The position numbers and the translations under genes were made by a program. A stretch of DNA of 64,000 bases from an uncultured Pelagibacteraceae bacterium (GTDB lineage Bacteria; Pseudomonadota; Alphaproteobacteria; Pelagibacterales; Pelagibacteraceae), in assembly GCA_902555965.1 (NCBI GenBank), contig CACDUM010000002.1, positions 353-64,352 of the forward strand. Direction: 5' to 3'. Shown one piece after another: positions 41,388 through 51,586 of this stretch. The notes under the pieces were generated by a model. The model saw only the letters and a program-made list of their open reading frames with translations, was not told where the DNA came from and did no database searches. How positions within the stretch are numbered: the first letter of the stretch is position 1; the number at the start of each line of letters is the position of its first letter.

Positions 41388-41440
41388 AACTTTTTTAGCG
41401 GTTTTTTTAAAGCGCTCGCAATTCAGTTAAATCAGCGCAT
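41388..41440 (-). ncRNA. SAM-II riboswitch aptamer upstream of metX
   Basis: Minus-strand RNA AUGCGCUGAUUUAACUGAAUUGCGAGCGCUUUAAAAAAACCGCUAAAAAAGUU matches the SAM-II pseudoknot: P1 GCGCU/AGCGC, GAUUU loop, UUGC pairing with GCUAAA, AACU/AGUU. Confidence 0.93.
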
Positions 41441-41444
41441 AAAT

Positions 41445-41473
41445 TTTGTACTAGATGTTATTTAGTATGTCAA
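41445..41473 (-). promoter_or_regulatory. Sigma70 promoter for SAM-II/metX-metW
   Basis: Minus strand TTGACA (41473-41468), 17 bp, TACAAA (41450-41445); the predicted start falls at the first bases of the aptamer. Confidence 0.75.
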
Positions 41474-41556
41474 TTTTTAAAATAATTACACTTAAACTAT
41501 GTAAAAAAATGTTTTTTTATTTATAAAGGGCATAAAATTTATAAAAGATTGCAACT

Positions 41557-42630
41557 ATGAGATTTAAAAGATTGAATATTGAAACCTATGAACCTGGCAA
41601 ATCCAGTGTTAAGAGATTTCATCAAGTTGTAAAGCTATCTGCGAATGAATCGGCCTTAGGTGTCAGCTCAAGAGCAAAAAAAATTTTGTCTAATAAAAAT
41701 TTAAGTTTTTTTAGGTACCCAGATGGCAAGTCTAAAGCCTTAAGAAGACAAATATCAAAAAAGTTTAAATGTGATGAAGATAGAATTATTTGCGGCGCTG
41801 GATCTGATGAGGTTATTCAAATGCTATGTCAATTATTTTTAAATCCTAAGGATGAAGTTATTCTTCCTCAGTATAGTTTCTTAATGTACAGGATATATGC
41901 TAAAATAGTTGGTGCAAGAGTTATTTTTGCTAAAGAAAATAATTTTAAAGTATCAATTCCAGAAATTATTAAAAATGTTTCAAAAAAAACAAAAATTGTT
42001 TTTTTAGCAAATCCTAATAATCCAACTGGAACATATCTAACAAGTTCTGAGCTTTTAGAACTTAGAAAAAAATTGAGAAAAAATATTCTGCTAGTAGTGG
42101 ATGATGCATATGCAGAATATATGAAAAATAATGATTATAAAAGTGGATTAAAATTATTCAAAAATAAACAAAATGTCTTTATTTTAAGAACATTTTCTAA
42201 AATATACGGTTTATCCTCTCTAAGAGTAGGGTGGGGATATGGTTCAAAAAAAATTATTAAAGCACTGAATGTTATTAAGCCACCTTTTAACGTTAATGAG
42301 GTAGCACAAAAAGCTGCTATTGAGTCTCTTAAGGATACTAAGTTTATAACTCGTTCGATTAAACACAATATTATTTATGCAAAAAAATTGAAAAATTTTC
42401 TTAGACAATATGGAATTAATTCAAACAATGTATCGGCCAATTTTTTATTATTAAATTTTGAAAAATGTAAATTCAAAGCGAAAAATTTTTATGAAAAATT
42501 AAAGATGAAAGGAATTATCTTAAGATCAACAGAAAATGGCTACAATATAAAAAATATGTTACGATTAACAATTGGATCAAAAAAAGATAATTTAAAATTT
42601 ATGCGAGCAGTAAAAGGAATGTTTAATTAA
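41557..42630 (+). CDS. hisC: Histidinol-phosphate aminotransferase
   Basis: KLSANE, RYPD, GAGSDE, ANPNNPTG, DDAY, RTFSKIYGL..LRVG. Confidence 0.94.
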   Translation: MRFKRLNIETYEPGKSSVKRFHQVVKLSANESALGVSSRAKKILSNKNLSFFRYPDGKSKALRRQISKKFKCDEDRIICGAGSDEVIQMLCQLFLNPKDEVILPQYSFLMYRIYAKIVGARVIFAKENNFKVSIPEIIKNVSKKTKIVFLANPNNPTGTYLTSSELLELRKKLRKNILLVVDDAYAEYMKNNDYKSGLKLFKNKQNVFILRTFSKIYGLSSLRVGWGYGSKKIIKALNVIKPPFNVNEVAQKAAIESLKDTKFITRSIKHNIIYAKKLKNFLRQYGINSNNVSANFLLLNFEKCKFKAKNFYEKLKMKGIILRSTENGYNIKNMLRLTIGSKKDNLKFMRAVKGMFN

Positions 42631-43526
42631 TGAAAAATGTGCTCATCATCGGCTGTGGCTTGTTAGGATCTTCGTTAGTAAAAAGAATTGCAAAAAAAAA
42701 ATTAGCAAAAAAAATTTTCATTTTTGAAAAATCTAAAAAAAATATATCAAAGATCAAAAGACTAAAGTTACCAGGAACTCTCGTAAATAAACTACAAGAG
42801 GTAGTTCCAAAATCAAATCTAATTATTTTTTGTACGCCAATGAGTGAATACAAAAAGATGATATTAAGATTAAACAATAATTTTAATTCACAACAAATTA
42901 TTACTGATGTTGGTTCGTCAAAAATAGAGTCTTCAGAAATTATTAAAAGAAATTTAAAAAAAAAAATATCCTGGATTCAAAGTCATCCTATAGCTGGATC
43001 GGAAGTAAGTGGGCCTGAGCATGGTAAGGAAAACCTGTTTGAAAATAAGTGGTGTGTATTGATTAAAAATAAGAAAATAAATATGAAACATTTAAAATTT
43101 TTGAATTCTTTTTGGAAAAAAATGGGTTCAAAAACTGTAATCATGAATGCGGAAAGACACGATAAAATATTTTCAATTACAAGCCATTTACCACATTTAA
43201 TAGCTTACAATTTGGTTAAATCAGCTCAAGATTTTGAGAAAAAGCAAAAATATGACTTAATTAAATATAGTGCAGGTGGATTAAGAGATTTTTCAAGAAT
43301 TGCTGCATCAAATGAAATTATGTGGAGAGACATTTTTTTTGATAATAAAAAAAATGTTTCAAGAGCAATTGATATATTTATCAAAAATTTAAGATCTTTT
43401 AAGACAGACATTAATTCAAAAAATAATAGATCAATTCTTAAAAAATTAATTCAAACAAAAAAAGTTAGGTCTAAAATAATTAAATTAAAACAGGATGTAA
43501 ATAAACCTGACTTTGGTAGAGATTAA
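42630..43526 (+). CDS. tyrA: Prephenate/arogenate (cyclohexadienyl) dehydrogenase
   Basis: IGCGLLGSS, TDVGSSK, HPIAGSE, HD...SHLPH, RDFSRIA. Confidence 0.92.
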   Translation: MKNVLIIGCGLLGSSLVKRIAKKKLAKKIFIFEKSKKNISKIKRLKLPGTLVNKLQEVVPKSNLIIFCTPMSEYKKMILRLNNNFNSQQIITDVGSSKIESSEIIKRNLKKKISWIQSHPIAGSEVSGPEHGKENLFENKWCVLIKNKKINMKHLKFLNSFWKKMGSKTVIMNAERHDKIFSITSHLPHLIAYNLVKSAQDFEKKQKYDLIKYSAGGLRDFSRIAASNEIMWRDIFFDNKKNVSRAIDIFIKNLRSFKTDINSKNNRSILKKLIQTKKVRSKIIKLKQDVNKPDFGRD

Positions 43527-44278
43527 TAATTACCAATATTACTTATTTTTTTAACTTTTAGATTTGCAGTTTTATCAATTAATTGAATTGTTTGTTTAGT
43601 TGGCATTACTACCACTTTCTTTTTTGGTCCATAAGCATGAATAAATTTAGACTTACTTAGACATATACCGACATGTCCTTTCCAAAATATTATATCTCCT
43701 TTACTAAAATTTTTACCTCTTTTTCTTTTACAAAACTTTATCTGATCTTTTGTATCTCTTGGAAAAAATATTCTGTTATAATAAAAGTAAATTTGGATCA
43801 AAGCAGAGCAATCAATACCATCAGATGTTTTTCCGCCCCATAGATATTTACTACTTTTAAATAATTTCATTATTTTTAAATAATCTTTTTCAAGATGATT
43901 AATTTTAACAATATCACTTTTTTTTATCCATCTGTCCTTTTTAAACTCAATTAGTCTTTTATTTTTGTTTAAAACCGATATTCCAGATGCAAAGAAAAGA
44001 TAATTTTTTGTTGGTAAAAACTTATTTTTTTTTTTAATAAATATTCTAGATTTTGTTTTTTTTATCTTAAAAGTTGGCTTAAAATTTTCGTAAAAATAAT
44101 TTTTTTTAATATAACCAATATAATTGTCAAAATTAGTTTTAATCTTAACCCAGTTCTTTTGATTTTTTAATACCTTAAATTTTTCACCATACAAGATTTG
44201 CGATAAAGTTTCAGAGTTATTAGAAGGTTTTGCATTTATATTTCCAAGTGAAAAATTATAAAAAAAATTATTTTTCAT
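43523..44278 (-). CDS. NlpC/P60 (C40) peptidoglycan peptidase with N-terminal SH3-like region
   Basis: SQILYGE, YLWGG...GIDCSAL, PRD..DQ, GD.IFWKGHV, IHA. Confidence 0.9.
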   Translation of the reverse strand: MKNNFFYNFSLGNINAKPSNNSETLSQILYGEKFKVLKNQKNWVKIKTNFDNYIGYIKKNYFYENFKPTFKIKKTKSRIFIKKKNKFLPTKNYLFFASGISVLNKNKRLIEFKKDRWIKKSDIVKINHLEKDYLKIMKLFKSSKYLWGGKTSDGIDCSALIQIYFYYNRIFFPRDTKDQIKFCKRKRGKNFSKGDIIFWKGHVGICLSKSKFIHAYGPKKKVVVMPTKQTIQLIDKTANLKVKKISNIGNY

Positions 44279-45644
44279 TAATCTTTAATTTATTTCTTAT
44301 TATCCATAATATAATTAAAGATGGTATTACCATTATAGCTGTTAAGATAAAAAATACCCCCCAGTCTCCATTAAGCCAATCAACTAGAGCGCCCGATGAT
44401 GATGCTAATGTAGTTCTTCCAGCAGTACCTATTGAAGCTAATAGAGCATATTGAGTTGCTGTGTAAGTTCTATCAACTAGCAATGATATGAATGCAACAA
44501 ATGCAACAGTGGCAAAAGCTGCTGCAATGTCGTCAAAGATTACAGCAATTGCAAATAGTATTTCAGATTTACCACTCCACGCTAAAAGACTGAACAAGAG
44601 ATTTGTGCTCGCCATTAAAATTCCTGCTAAAAACATTGCTTTTAAAACACCAGATCTTATTACAAATAGTCCACCTAGCAGAGTGAAGATGACAGTTGTT
44701 ACCCATCCTAAGGTTTTTGAGTAAATAGCAATATCTGATTTACTAAAACCAATTTCTTTGTAAAAGATAATAGACATACGCCCTAAAAAAGCCTCTCCAA
44801 CTTTGAATAAAAAAACAAACCCTAGGATCCCCAAAGCTATATGAAAGCCATTTTTTTTAAAAAAACTTATTATAGGTCCACTAATTGTTCCACTGATCCA
44901 AGTTATAGTTTGAGTAAGAAAATTTGAATTTTGGAATTTACCAGCAATTAATTGATCATTTTCTTTCTGATTAATTTGTCTTTCAGTCGAGTCAGTTTCA
45001 TTGACAAACATTAATCCAATATTCATTAAAATTATTAAAATTCCTAAGATTAAAAAAGTTAGTTGCCAATAATTTTGAAAACCTAAATTTTCTAAAAAAT
45101 CTGCGGAAAACAATGACAAAACTCCGCCTAATTTATATCCGCTCCACCACCCAACGACAGCCATTGCTGCGCCCGCAGCCATTGATTTACCCTCATTTTC
45201 GCTAATTTGCTCAATCCTTAAAGCATCCACAGTAATATCTTGTGTTGCAGAAGCAATTGCAATCAGCAAACCTACTGATATTACAAGGGCTAAATTTTCT
45301 GAAGGATCTATTACACTCCACAAAAATAATGAGATTAAGATTAATATCTGCATAAGGACAATCCATCCTCTTCGATGTCCAATTTTTTTTGTTAGGTATG
45401 GTATTTGAATACGATCGATTAAAGGAGCCCATAAATAATTAAATGCATAAACTGCAAATATAAGACCAGCCCAACCGACTGTAGATCTGCTTAATCCATC
45501 TTCCTTTAACCATAAACTTAAACTACTACCTATCAATACCCAAGGAAAACCAGAGATAGCACCAAGCAATAATATTTTTAACATTCTTTTATCGAAATAA
45601 ACTGAAAATGTTTCTGAAAGGGATTGTTTTTTAATTTCTATCAT
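44268..45644 (-). CDS. ampG: AmpG family muropeptide MFS transporter
   Basis: SGFP, LWAPLID, RRGW, SATQDITVDALR, ATQYALL; many transmembrane segments. Confidence 0.92.
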   Translation of the reverse strand: MIEIKKQSLSETFSVYFDKRMLKILLLGAISGFPWVLIGSSLSLWLKEDGLSRSTVGWAGLIFAVYAFNYLWAPLIDRIQIPYLTKKIGHRRGWIVLMQILILISLFLWSVIDPSENLALVISVGLLIAIASATQDITVDALRIEQISENEGKSMAAGAAMAVVGWWSGYKLGGVLSLFSADFLENLGFQNYWQLTFLILGILIILMNIGLMFVNETDSTERQINQKENDQLIAGKFQNSNFLTQTITWISGTISGPIISFFKKNGFHIALGILGFVFLFKVGEAFLGRMSIIFYKEIGFSKSDIAIYSKTLGWVTTVIFTLLGGLFVIRSGVLKAMFLAGILMASTNLLFSLLAWSGKSEILFAIAVIFDDIAAAFATVAFVAFISLLVDRTYTATQYALLASIGTAGRTTLASSSGALVDWLNGDWGVFFILTAIMVIPSLIILWIIRNKLKINEK

Positions 45645-45647
45645 TTT

Positions 45648-47087
45648 TTAATTCCTCCAGAATGAAGGTAAAAATAACACTAATATAGCAAATAACTCCA
45701 GTCTTCCCAAGATCATACCGATTGTCAAAATCCATTTGGAAAAATCTGGTAATGAGGAGAAATTACCATTAGGTCCAATTATTGATCCTAAACCTGGACC
45801 AACATTTGAAATAGAGGTCGCAGCACCTGAAATTGCGGTTATAAAATCAAGTCCATTTAAAGATAATAACGCAGACAATAAAAAAAATATTATTAAGTAC
45901 ATGTAAATAAAAGAAATGATCGATGCTATGAATTTATCATCAATTGGATTTTTATCGTATTTCAACACAAAAACACCTTTAGGGTAAATAATTTTTTTTA
46001 GTTGATTAATTACAAATGAATAAAGAATTTGAAAACGAAAAATTTTTATGCCACATGTTGTTGAACCAGCACAGCCACCTATGAACATCAAAGCTAAAAA
46101 TAATACTAGAGGAAAGCTACCCCAATTGTCAAATTGAGCATTGACATAACCGGTCCCGGTTAGAATAGAAATAACGTTAAAGAAAATTGATCTTAAATTA
46201 AATGAAGTTGAATTGTTTAAAGTAAGATAAATCGATAAAATGAAAATTGATATAAATATTATTTTAATAAAAGTTTTGATCTGAGAATCTGATGTAAAAA
46301 TAGACCTATTGCCATTCAAAAATTTAATGTAAACGATAAATGGAACACTTCCTAAAATAATAAATACCATAGCCGTAGTTTCTATCGCTAAGCTATTAAA
46401 AAAACCAATGGATTGATTATAATTAGAGAATCCACCAGTTGCTATAGTTGTCATCGAATGTGTAATACTATCAAAAATATTCATTCCAAAAATATTGTAA
46501 GTGATTGCACATAGCGCTGTTAATACAGAGTAAATATAAATCAATCTTAGAGCAACCTCTTTAGACTTTGGAAGAATTTTTTCAGATGAATCATTGTTCG
46601 AAATTTTAAATAATTGCATTCCTCCAACATTCATAATGGGCATTAATGTAATCGCCATCACTATTACACCAATACCCCCTAACCATTGCAGTATTGCTCT
46701 CCAAAATAATATCCCTTTAGGCATATTTTCTAAATTTGATATGATTGTTGAACCAGTTGTTGTAATACCCGACATACTCTCAAAAAATGCATTTGTGACT
46801 GAAAATTCTAAATTAGAGAATATAAAGGGTAATGAACCAAATATAGCAATACTTAACCAAGCTAATGCAGTTAGAAGGAATGCTTGTTGCAAATTAAGTT
46901 TTTTTTCATGATCGAGATTGGAGAGAAAAAATAAGGTTCCAAAAATGATTGTAACAATTGCTGCACCAAAAAAAGAAGAATCTATTTGACCATAAATAAA
47001 TTGTACAATTATTGGAACAAGCATAAAAATACCAAGAATTATTTGAAGAATTCCAAGGGTGAAAAAAACTGTTTTATAATTAGACAT
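45648..47087 (-). CDS. trkH: Trk potassium uptake membrane protein
   Basis: FESMSGITTTG, QWLGGIG, ATGGFS, GGCAGST..GIK, SNVGPG, GRLE. Confidence 0.95.
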   Translation of the reverse strand: MSNYKTVFFTLGILQIILGIFMLVPIIVQFIYGQIDSSFFGAAIVTIIFGTLFFLSNLDHEKKLNLQQAFLLTALAWLSIAIFGSLPFIFSNLEFSVTNAFFESMSGITTTGSTIISNLENMPKGILFWRAILQWLGGIGVIVMAITLMPIMNVGGMQLFKISNNDSSEKILPKSKEVALRLIYIYSVLTALCAITYNIFGMNIFDSITHSMTTIATGGFSNYNQSIGFFNSLAIETTAMVFIILGSVPFIVYIKFLNGNRSIFTSDSQIKTFIKIIFISIFILSIYLTLNNSTSFNLRSIFFNVISILTGTGYVNAQFDNWGSFPLVLFLALMFIGGCAGSTTCGIKIFRFQILYSFVINQLKKIIYPKGVFVLKYDKNPIDDKFIASIISFIYMYLIIFFLLSALLSLNGLDFITAISGAATSISNVGPGLGSIIGPNGNFSSLPDFSKWILTIGMILGRLELFAILVLFLPSFWRN

Positions 47088-47174
47088 TTTGAAAGGACAT
47101 TATTTTATGGTAAATAAATTTCAACTCTATAAGAATTAAGTAGTTCGCTAATTAAAGATTTTGTTGAATTATTC

Positions 47175-48737
47175 ATGATAAAAAAAGAAAACTTAGAAAA
47201 AACAAGCTCTTGGCCAATCGTTGAAGCAAAAAAAATGCTTAGAGAAAGAAAATCTTTTTTAGAAAAAAAAGGTAAAATTACACTACAGACTGGGTATGGC
47301 CCAAGTGGACTTCCCCACATAGGAACATTTGGAGAAGTTGCTAGAACTTCTATGATGGTTAATGCGTTAAAACAATTAACTGATCTTCCAACAGAAATTA
47401 TCACTTTTTCTGATGATATGGATGGTCTTAGAAAAGTACCAGACAATGTACCCAATAAAGAATTGTTAGAAAAAAACCTTCATAAACCTTTGACAGACGT
47501 ACCAGACCCCTTTGAAAAATATAATAGTTTTGGTGAACATAATAATGAGAAATTAAAAAAGTTTTTAAATAATTTTAATTTTAAATATAATTTCAAGAGC
47601 TCTACTCAATTGTATAAATCGGGTTTTTTTAATCCAACACTTCAAATTATTTTAGATAATTATGATGGAATAATGAATATCATTATGCCTACTTTAGGAA
47701 AAGAACGGCAAAAAACTTATTGTCCATTTCTTCCTATTTGTCCAGAAACAGGACATGTTTTGGAAATTCCAGTTAAAAAAATTGATAATTCTAAGTCTAA
47801 AATTGTGTTTGATAATAAAGGTAAAGATTTAGAATCAAGTATATTAGATGGTCATTGTAAACTTCAGTGGAAAGTCGATTGGGCCATGAGATGGTATGCG
47901 TTAGATGTTGACTTTGAAATGTACGGAAAAGATCTGATAGAAAGTGCAATATTATCCACTAAAATTATTAAACTAATTGGAAAAAAAAACCCATCTGGTT
48001 TTGCTTATGAACTCTTTTTGGATGAGAAAGGGGAAAAGATTTCTAAATCAAAAGGAAATGGAATAACAATCGAGCAATGGTTGGAGTACGCCTCACCAGA
48101 AAGTTTATCATTATATATGTATCAAAATCCAAAAAGAGCTAAAAAACTTTATAATGAGATAGTTCCAAAAGCGGTAGACGAATATTTGGAATTTATTGAA
48201 AAGGCTAAAACTCAAGATGAGCTTCAGTTACTGATGAATCCAGTATGGCATGTTCATAATGGTAGTGTCCCAAAAGAAAAAATGATTATGTCATTTTCTA
48301 TGTTATTAAATCTTGTAGAAACAAGTAATGCGGAAAATAAAGAATTATTATGGAAGTTCGTAAAAAAATATAAGGAAAATATTTCTGAAAAAGATCACCC
48401 CATTTTTGATAATCTAGTTGGTTATGCTATTAAATATTTTAACGATGTAATAAAAACCAAAAAAAAATATAAAATACCTGATCAAATAGAAAAAAAAGCA
48501 CTAGAGGCTCTAATATCAACCTTAGATAAATGTAATGACAAGATGTCTCCCGAAGAAATTCAAACTTTAATTTATTCAACAGGAAAAGAAAATGGGTATT
48601 CAGAAAATTTGAGAGACTGGTTTAAATTAATTTATGAAGTTGTATTTGGAGTCGAAAATGGCCCTCGAATGGGTTTTTTTATAAGTTTTTTTGGTGTTAA
48701 AGAAACTAAAGATCTTATAATAAATAAAATTAAATAA
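47175..48737 (+). CDS. lysS: Class I lysyl-tRNA synthetase
   Basis: GPSGLPHIG, SDDMDGLRKVP, KLQWKVDW, KISKSKGN, GPR. Confidence 0.96.
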   Translation: MIKKENLEKTSSWPIVEAKKMLRERKSFLEKKGKITLQTGYGPSGLPHIGTFGEVARTSMMVNALKQLTDLPTEIITFSDDMDGLRKVPDNVPNKELLEKNLHKPLTDVPDPFEKYNSFGEHNNEKLKKFLNNFNFKYNFKSSTQLYKSGFFNPTLQIILDNYDGIMNIIMPTLGKERQKTYCPFLPICPETGHVLEIPVKKIDNSKSKIVFDNKGKDLESSILDGHCKLQWKVDWAMRWYALDVDFEMYGKDLIESAILSTKIIKLIGKKNPSGFAYELFLDEKGEKISKSKGNGITIEQWLEYASPESLSLYMYQNPKRAKKLYNEIVPKAVDEYLEFIEKAKTQDELQLLMNPVWHVHNGSVPKEKMIMSFSMLLNLVETSNAENKELLWKFVKKYKENISEKDHPIFDNLVGYAIKYFNDVIKTKKKYKIPDQIEKKALEALISTLDKCNDKMSPEEIQTLIYSTGKENGYSENLRDWFKLIYEVVFGVENGPRMGFFISFFGVKETKDLIINKIK

Positions 48738-49789
48738 TGTTTTCAAATTTAAGATCTCTAATTTTTAAACTTGATCCAGAGACAGCCCATGGTTTGGCAA
48801 TAAAGTCATTAAAATTTAATTTCGTGCCAAATGTTTTGGATAAAAATAAAAATAGCCATTTATTTAAGACTAAATTATTTGAAAAAGAGATAGAAAATCC
48901 AATTGGAATGGCAGCAGGATTTGACAAAAATGCTGAGGTTTATAATTCTTTATTTAAATTGGGATTTGGTTTTGTGGAGGTGGGCACAGCTACACCTCTT
49001 AAACAATATGGTAACCCCAAGCCAAGAGTTTTTAGATTAGTCGAAGATGAGGCATTAATTAATAGATTGGGTTTTAATAATTTAGGTGCAAAAAACATTG
49101 TTGATAGGATCTCAAATAATAAACCAATTGGTTTACTTGGAATTAACATAGGTCCTAACAAAGATACAAATGATAGATTGAAGGATTATGTTGAATGTTT
49201 AAAAACCTTCCATGAATTTGCAGACTATATTACGATTAATATTTCATCTCCCAACACCGAAGAGCTGAGAAACTTTCATGATCAGGAAAAATTAAATAGT
49301 TTATTAAATATAATCAATAGTGAAAAAACAAAACTAAATTCAAAAATTCCAATTGTAGTAAAAGTCTCACCAGATATTAAAGATAAGGAAATACCCAAAA
49401 TTTCTGATGTTCTTTTAAGCAATAATATAAAAGCAGTCATTTTATCGAACACCTCTGACTCTACTCGAGATAAATTAAATGACATTCAAAAGCATCAAAA
49501 AGGAGGTTTGTCAGGTAAACCAATAGAAGAAAAATCTACAATGCTGATTAATAAATTTTATAAAACTCTTGGTAATAAAATTAAAATTATTGGAGTTGGT
49601 GGAGTAGACTCTGGAATAAGTGCGTACAATAAGTTTTTAGCTGGCGCGAGTTATGTTCAACTTTATACAGGTATGGTATACAGAGGGCCAAATATTGTAA
49701 ACCTTATTAAAAAAGAGCTTAAGGAATTATTGATAAGAGATGGAGTTAAACATTATAGTGAAATCATAGGGAAAAAAACAACTTCTTAA
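48737..49789 (+). CDS. pyrD: Quinone-dependent dihydroorotate dehydrogenase
   Basis: [38 protein letters not shown]. Confidence 0.97.
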   Translation: MFSNLRSLIFKLDPETAHGLAIKSLKFNFVPNVLDKNKNSHLFKTKLFEKEIENPIGMAAGFDKNAEVYNSLFKLGFGFVEVGTATPLKQYGNPKPRVFRLVEDEALINRLGFNNLGAKNIVDRISNNKPIGLLGINIGPNKDTNDRLKDYVECLKTFHEFADYITINISSPNTEELRNFHDQEKLNSLLNIINSEKTKLNSKIPIVVKVSPDIKDKEIPKISDVLLSNNIKAVILSNTSDSTRDKLNDIQKHQKGGLSGKPIEEKSTMLINKFYKTLGNKIKIIGVGGVDSGISAYNKFLAGASYVQLYTGMVYRGPNIVNLIKKELKELLIRDGVKHYSEIIGKKTTS

Positions 49790-49800
49790 ATTTTATAAAC

Positions 49801-49829
49801 TTGACGCAATCATCAACTCACTTTATATA
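49801..49829 (+). promoter_or_regulatory. Sigma70 promoter for rpmB
   Basis: TTGACG (49801-49806), 17 bp, TATATA (49824-49829); ATG at 49842. Confidence 0.6.
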
Positions 49830-49841
49830 GTCGAAAATATT

Positions 49842-50156
49842 ATGTCAAAAAAATGTGAACTTACCGGCAAAATTCCCCTTAAAGGTCATAACGTTAGTCA
49901 TGCTAATAATAAGACAAAGAGAAGATTTTTACCTAATTTAAAAAAAGTAAAATTTACAAGTGAACTTTTAAAGAGAAGCATGAAACTTACTGTAAGTAAT
50001 GCTGGTGTAAGATCTGTAGATAAAAAAGGAAGTTTTGACGAGTTTTTAAAGACTGTAAAAAATAAAAATTTGTCTCCAAGATTAAAGAAGATGAAAAAAA
50101 GTTTATTAATAAAGTCTCCATTTCAAAAAAAACAAGTTCAATCTAAGACAGCTTAA
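49842..50156 (+). CDS. rpmB: 50S ribosomal protein L28
   Basis: CELTGK...[19 protein letters not shown]. Confidence 0.97.
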   Translation: MSKKCELTGKIPLKGHNVSHANNKTKRRFLPNLKKVKFTSELLKRSMKLTVSNAGVRSVDKKGSFDEFLKTVKNKNLSPRLKKMKKSLLIKSPFQKKQVQSKTA

Positions 50157-50704
50157 TGAATAAAATTTTTTTTATACTCTCATTTTTAATGGGAGCAGTT
50201 GTTTTAGCATCTAATTATTTAGTTCAGTTCCCTATAAAATATTATGGTTTAGAAGAAGTATTAACTTATGGAGCTTTTAGCTATCCGATTGCTTTCTTGA
50301 TCACAGATTTAGCCAACAGATCTTTTGGCAAGATAGTTGCCAGAAAAATTGTTTATATTGGTTTTGCTATAGGTATTAGCTTTACGCTTTTATTCTCAAC
50401 AAACTTTACAGACTTGATATCTATAAGAATTGCAATTGGATCGGGTACTGCCTTTTTAGTTGCCCAACTCTTAGATGTTCAAATTTTTGATAAATTGAGA
50501 AAAAAAGAATGGTTTGTTGCACCTTTAACGTCATCTTTGATAGGTTCAACAATTGATACGTTTATATTTTTTTCAATATCTTTTTATGGAACAGGCATTC
50601 CTTGGATCACATTGTCTTTAGGAGATTTAAGTGTAAAAATTTTTGTTGCTTTAATGATGTTAATCCCTTTCAGACTACTGCTGAAAACACTTAAACCAGT
50701 TTAG
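50156..50704 (+). CDS. yhhQ: Queuosine precursor transporter (VUT/YhhQ family)
   Basis: SN, YP.AFLITD, RIAIGS..AFLVAQLLD..IF, IDT..F; hydrophobic. Confidence 0.85.
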   Translation: MNKIFFILSFLMGAVVLASNYLVQFPIKYYGLEEVLTYGAFSYPIAFLITDLANRSFGKIVARKIVYIGFAIGISFTLLFSTNFTDLISIRIAIGSGTAFLVAQLLDVQIFDKLRKKEWFVAPLTSSLIGSTIDTFIFFSISFYGTGIPWITLSLGDLSVKIFVALMMLIPFRLLLKTLKPV

Positions 50705-50706
50705 AT

Positions 50707-51582
50707 TTAATATAAATATTTATAAGATAATATTTTATAAGCCAACTTTGCTACTAGAAAATTATAGGAATTAAATCCTTTGATCGGTGCGAGCTCATTG
50801 ATATCTGCGCCAACGATGTTTGAGTTTTTGGCTGCAATCTTAATTATATCTAAAACTTCATCCCATAATAAACCGCCAGGTTCAGGTGTTCCAGTTGCAG
50901 GCATGATACTCGAATCTAATCCATCTACATCGAAAGTTAAATAAACAGTCTTATTTTTAATAAGTTTTTTAAATTTTTTTAAATTCCATTTTGCCTTATC
51001 TTTTGCCCAAAAAATACTAATTCTAGATTTATTTTTTTTTAAAAAAGGTATCTCCTCTTTAGAAATATTTCTAATTCCAAATGAGATTATTGAAACGTTT
51101 TTATAATCTAAACATCTTCTGATAGCAGATGCGTGTGAAAATTTTTCACCATTATAACTTTCTCTTAAATCTGCATGAGCATCGAAATGTAAGAGGCAGA
51201 TATTTTTATGTTTTTTAACAAATGGAACAATACATCCTGGTGTGATTGAATGTTCCCCACCAAAAGTCATTGGAAAAAGTTTATTATTAAGAATTTCTTT
51301 ATTTATGTTAGATATCTTTTTTAAAGCTTTTTTAATATTTTTATCAATCTTAAAAGGTTTTAAAGTTTTAATTCCTATTTTTTTGTAAGGTTCACAATTT
51401 AATTCCTCATCATATAATTCAACTTGATGTGAAGCTTTAATTATCTCTTTTGGGCCATTTTTAGTTCCACCACCATAACTCACAGTTTTTTCCAGACCAA
51501 AAGGAACAATTACAACTTTTTCTTTGAAATTGAACTTATTATCTATTCCAAGAAATCCTTTTTTATTTGAAAGATATTGCAA
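50707..51582 (-). CDS. speB: Agmatinase-family ureohydrolase
   Basis: GGEHS, DAHAD, SHAS, DVDGLD, PATGTPEPGG; TTG at 51582 chosen because it lies 4 nt past the upstream stop. Confidence 0.9.
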   Translation of the reverse strand: MQYLSNKKGFLGIDNKFNFKEKVVIVPFGLEKTVSYGGGTKNGPKEIIKASHQVELYDEELNCEPYKKIGIKTLKPFKIDKNIKKALKKISNINKEILNNKLFPMTFGGEHSITPGCIVPFVKKHKNICLLHFDAHADLRESYNGEKFSHASAIRRCLDYKNVSIISFGIRNISKEEIPFLKKNKSRISIFWAKDKAKWNLKKFKKLIKNKTVYLTFDVDGLDSSIMPATGTPEPGGLLWDEVLDIIKIAAKNSNIVGADINELAPIKGFNSYNFLVAKLAYKILSYKYLY

Positions 51583-51586
51583 TGTT

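Noticed and set aside
47175-48737. Archaeal-type class I LysRS as evidence of recent horizontal transfer
   Set aside because: Class I LysRS is normal in many alphaproteobacteria.
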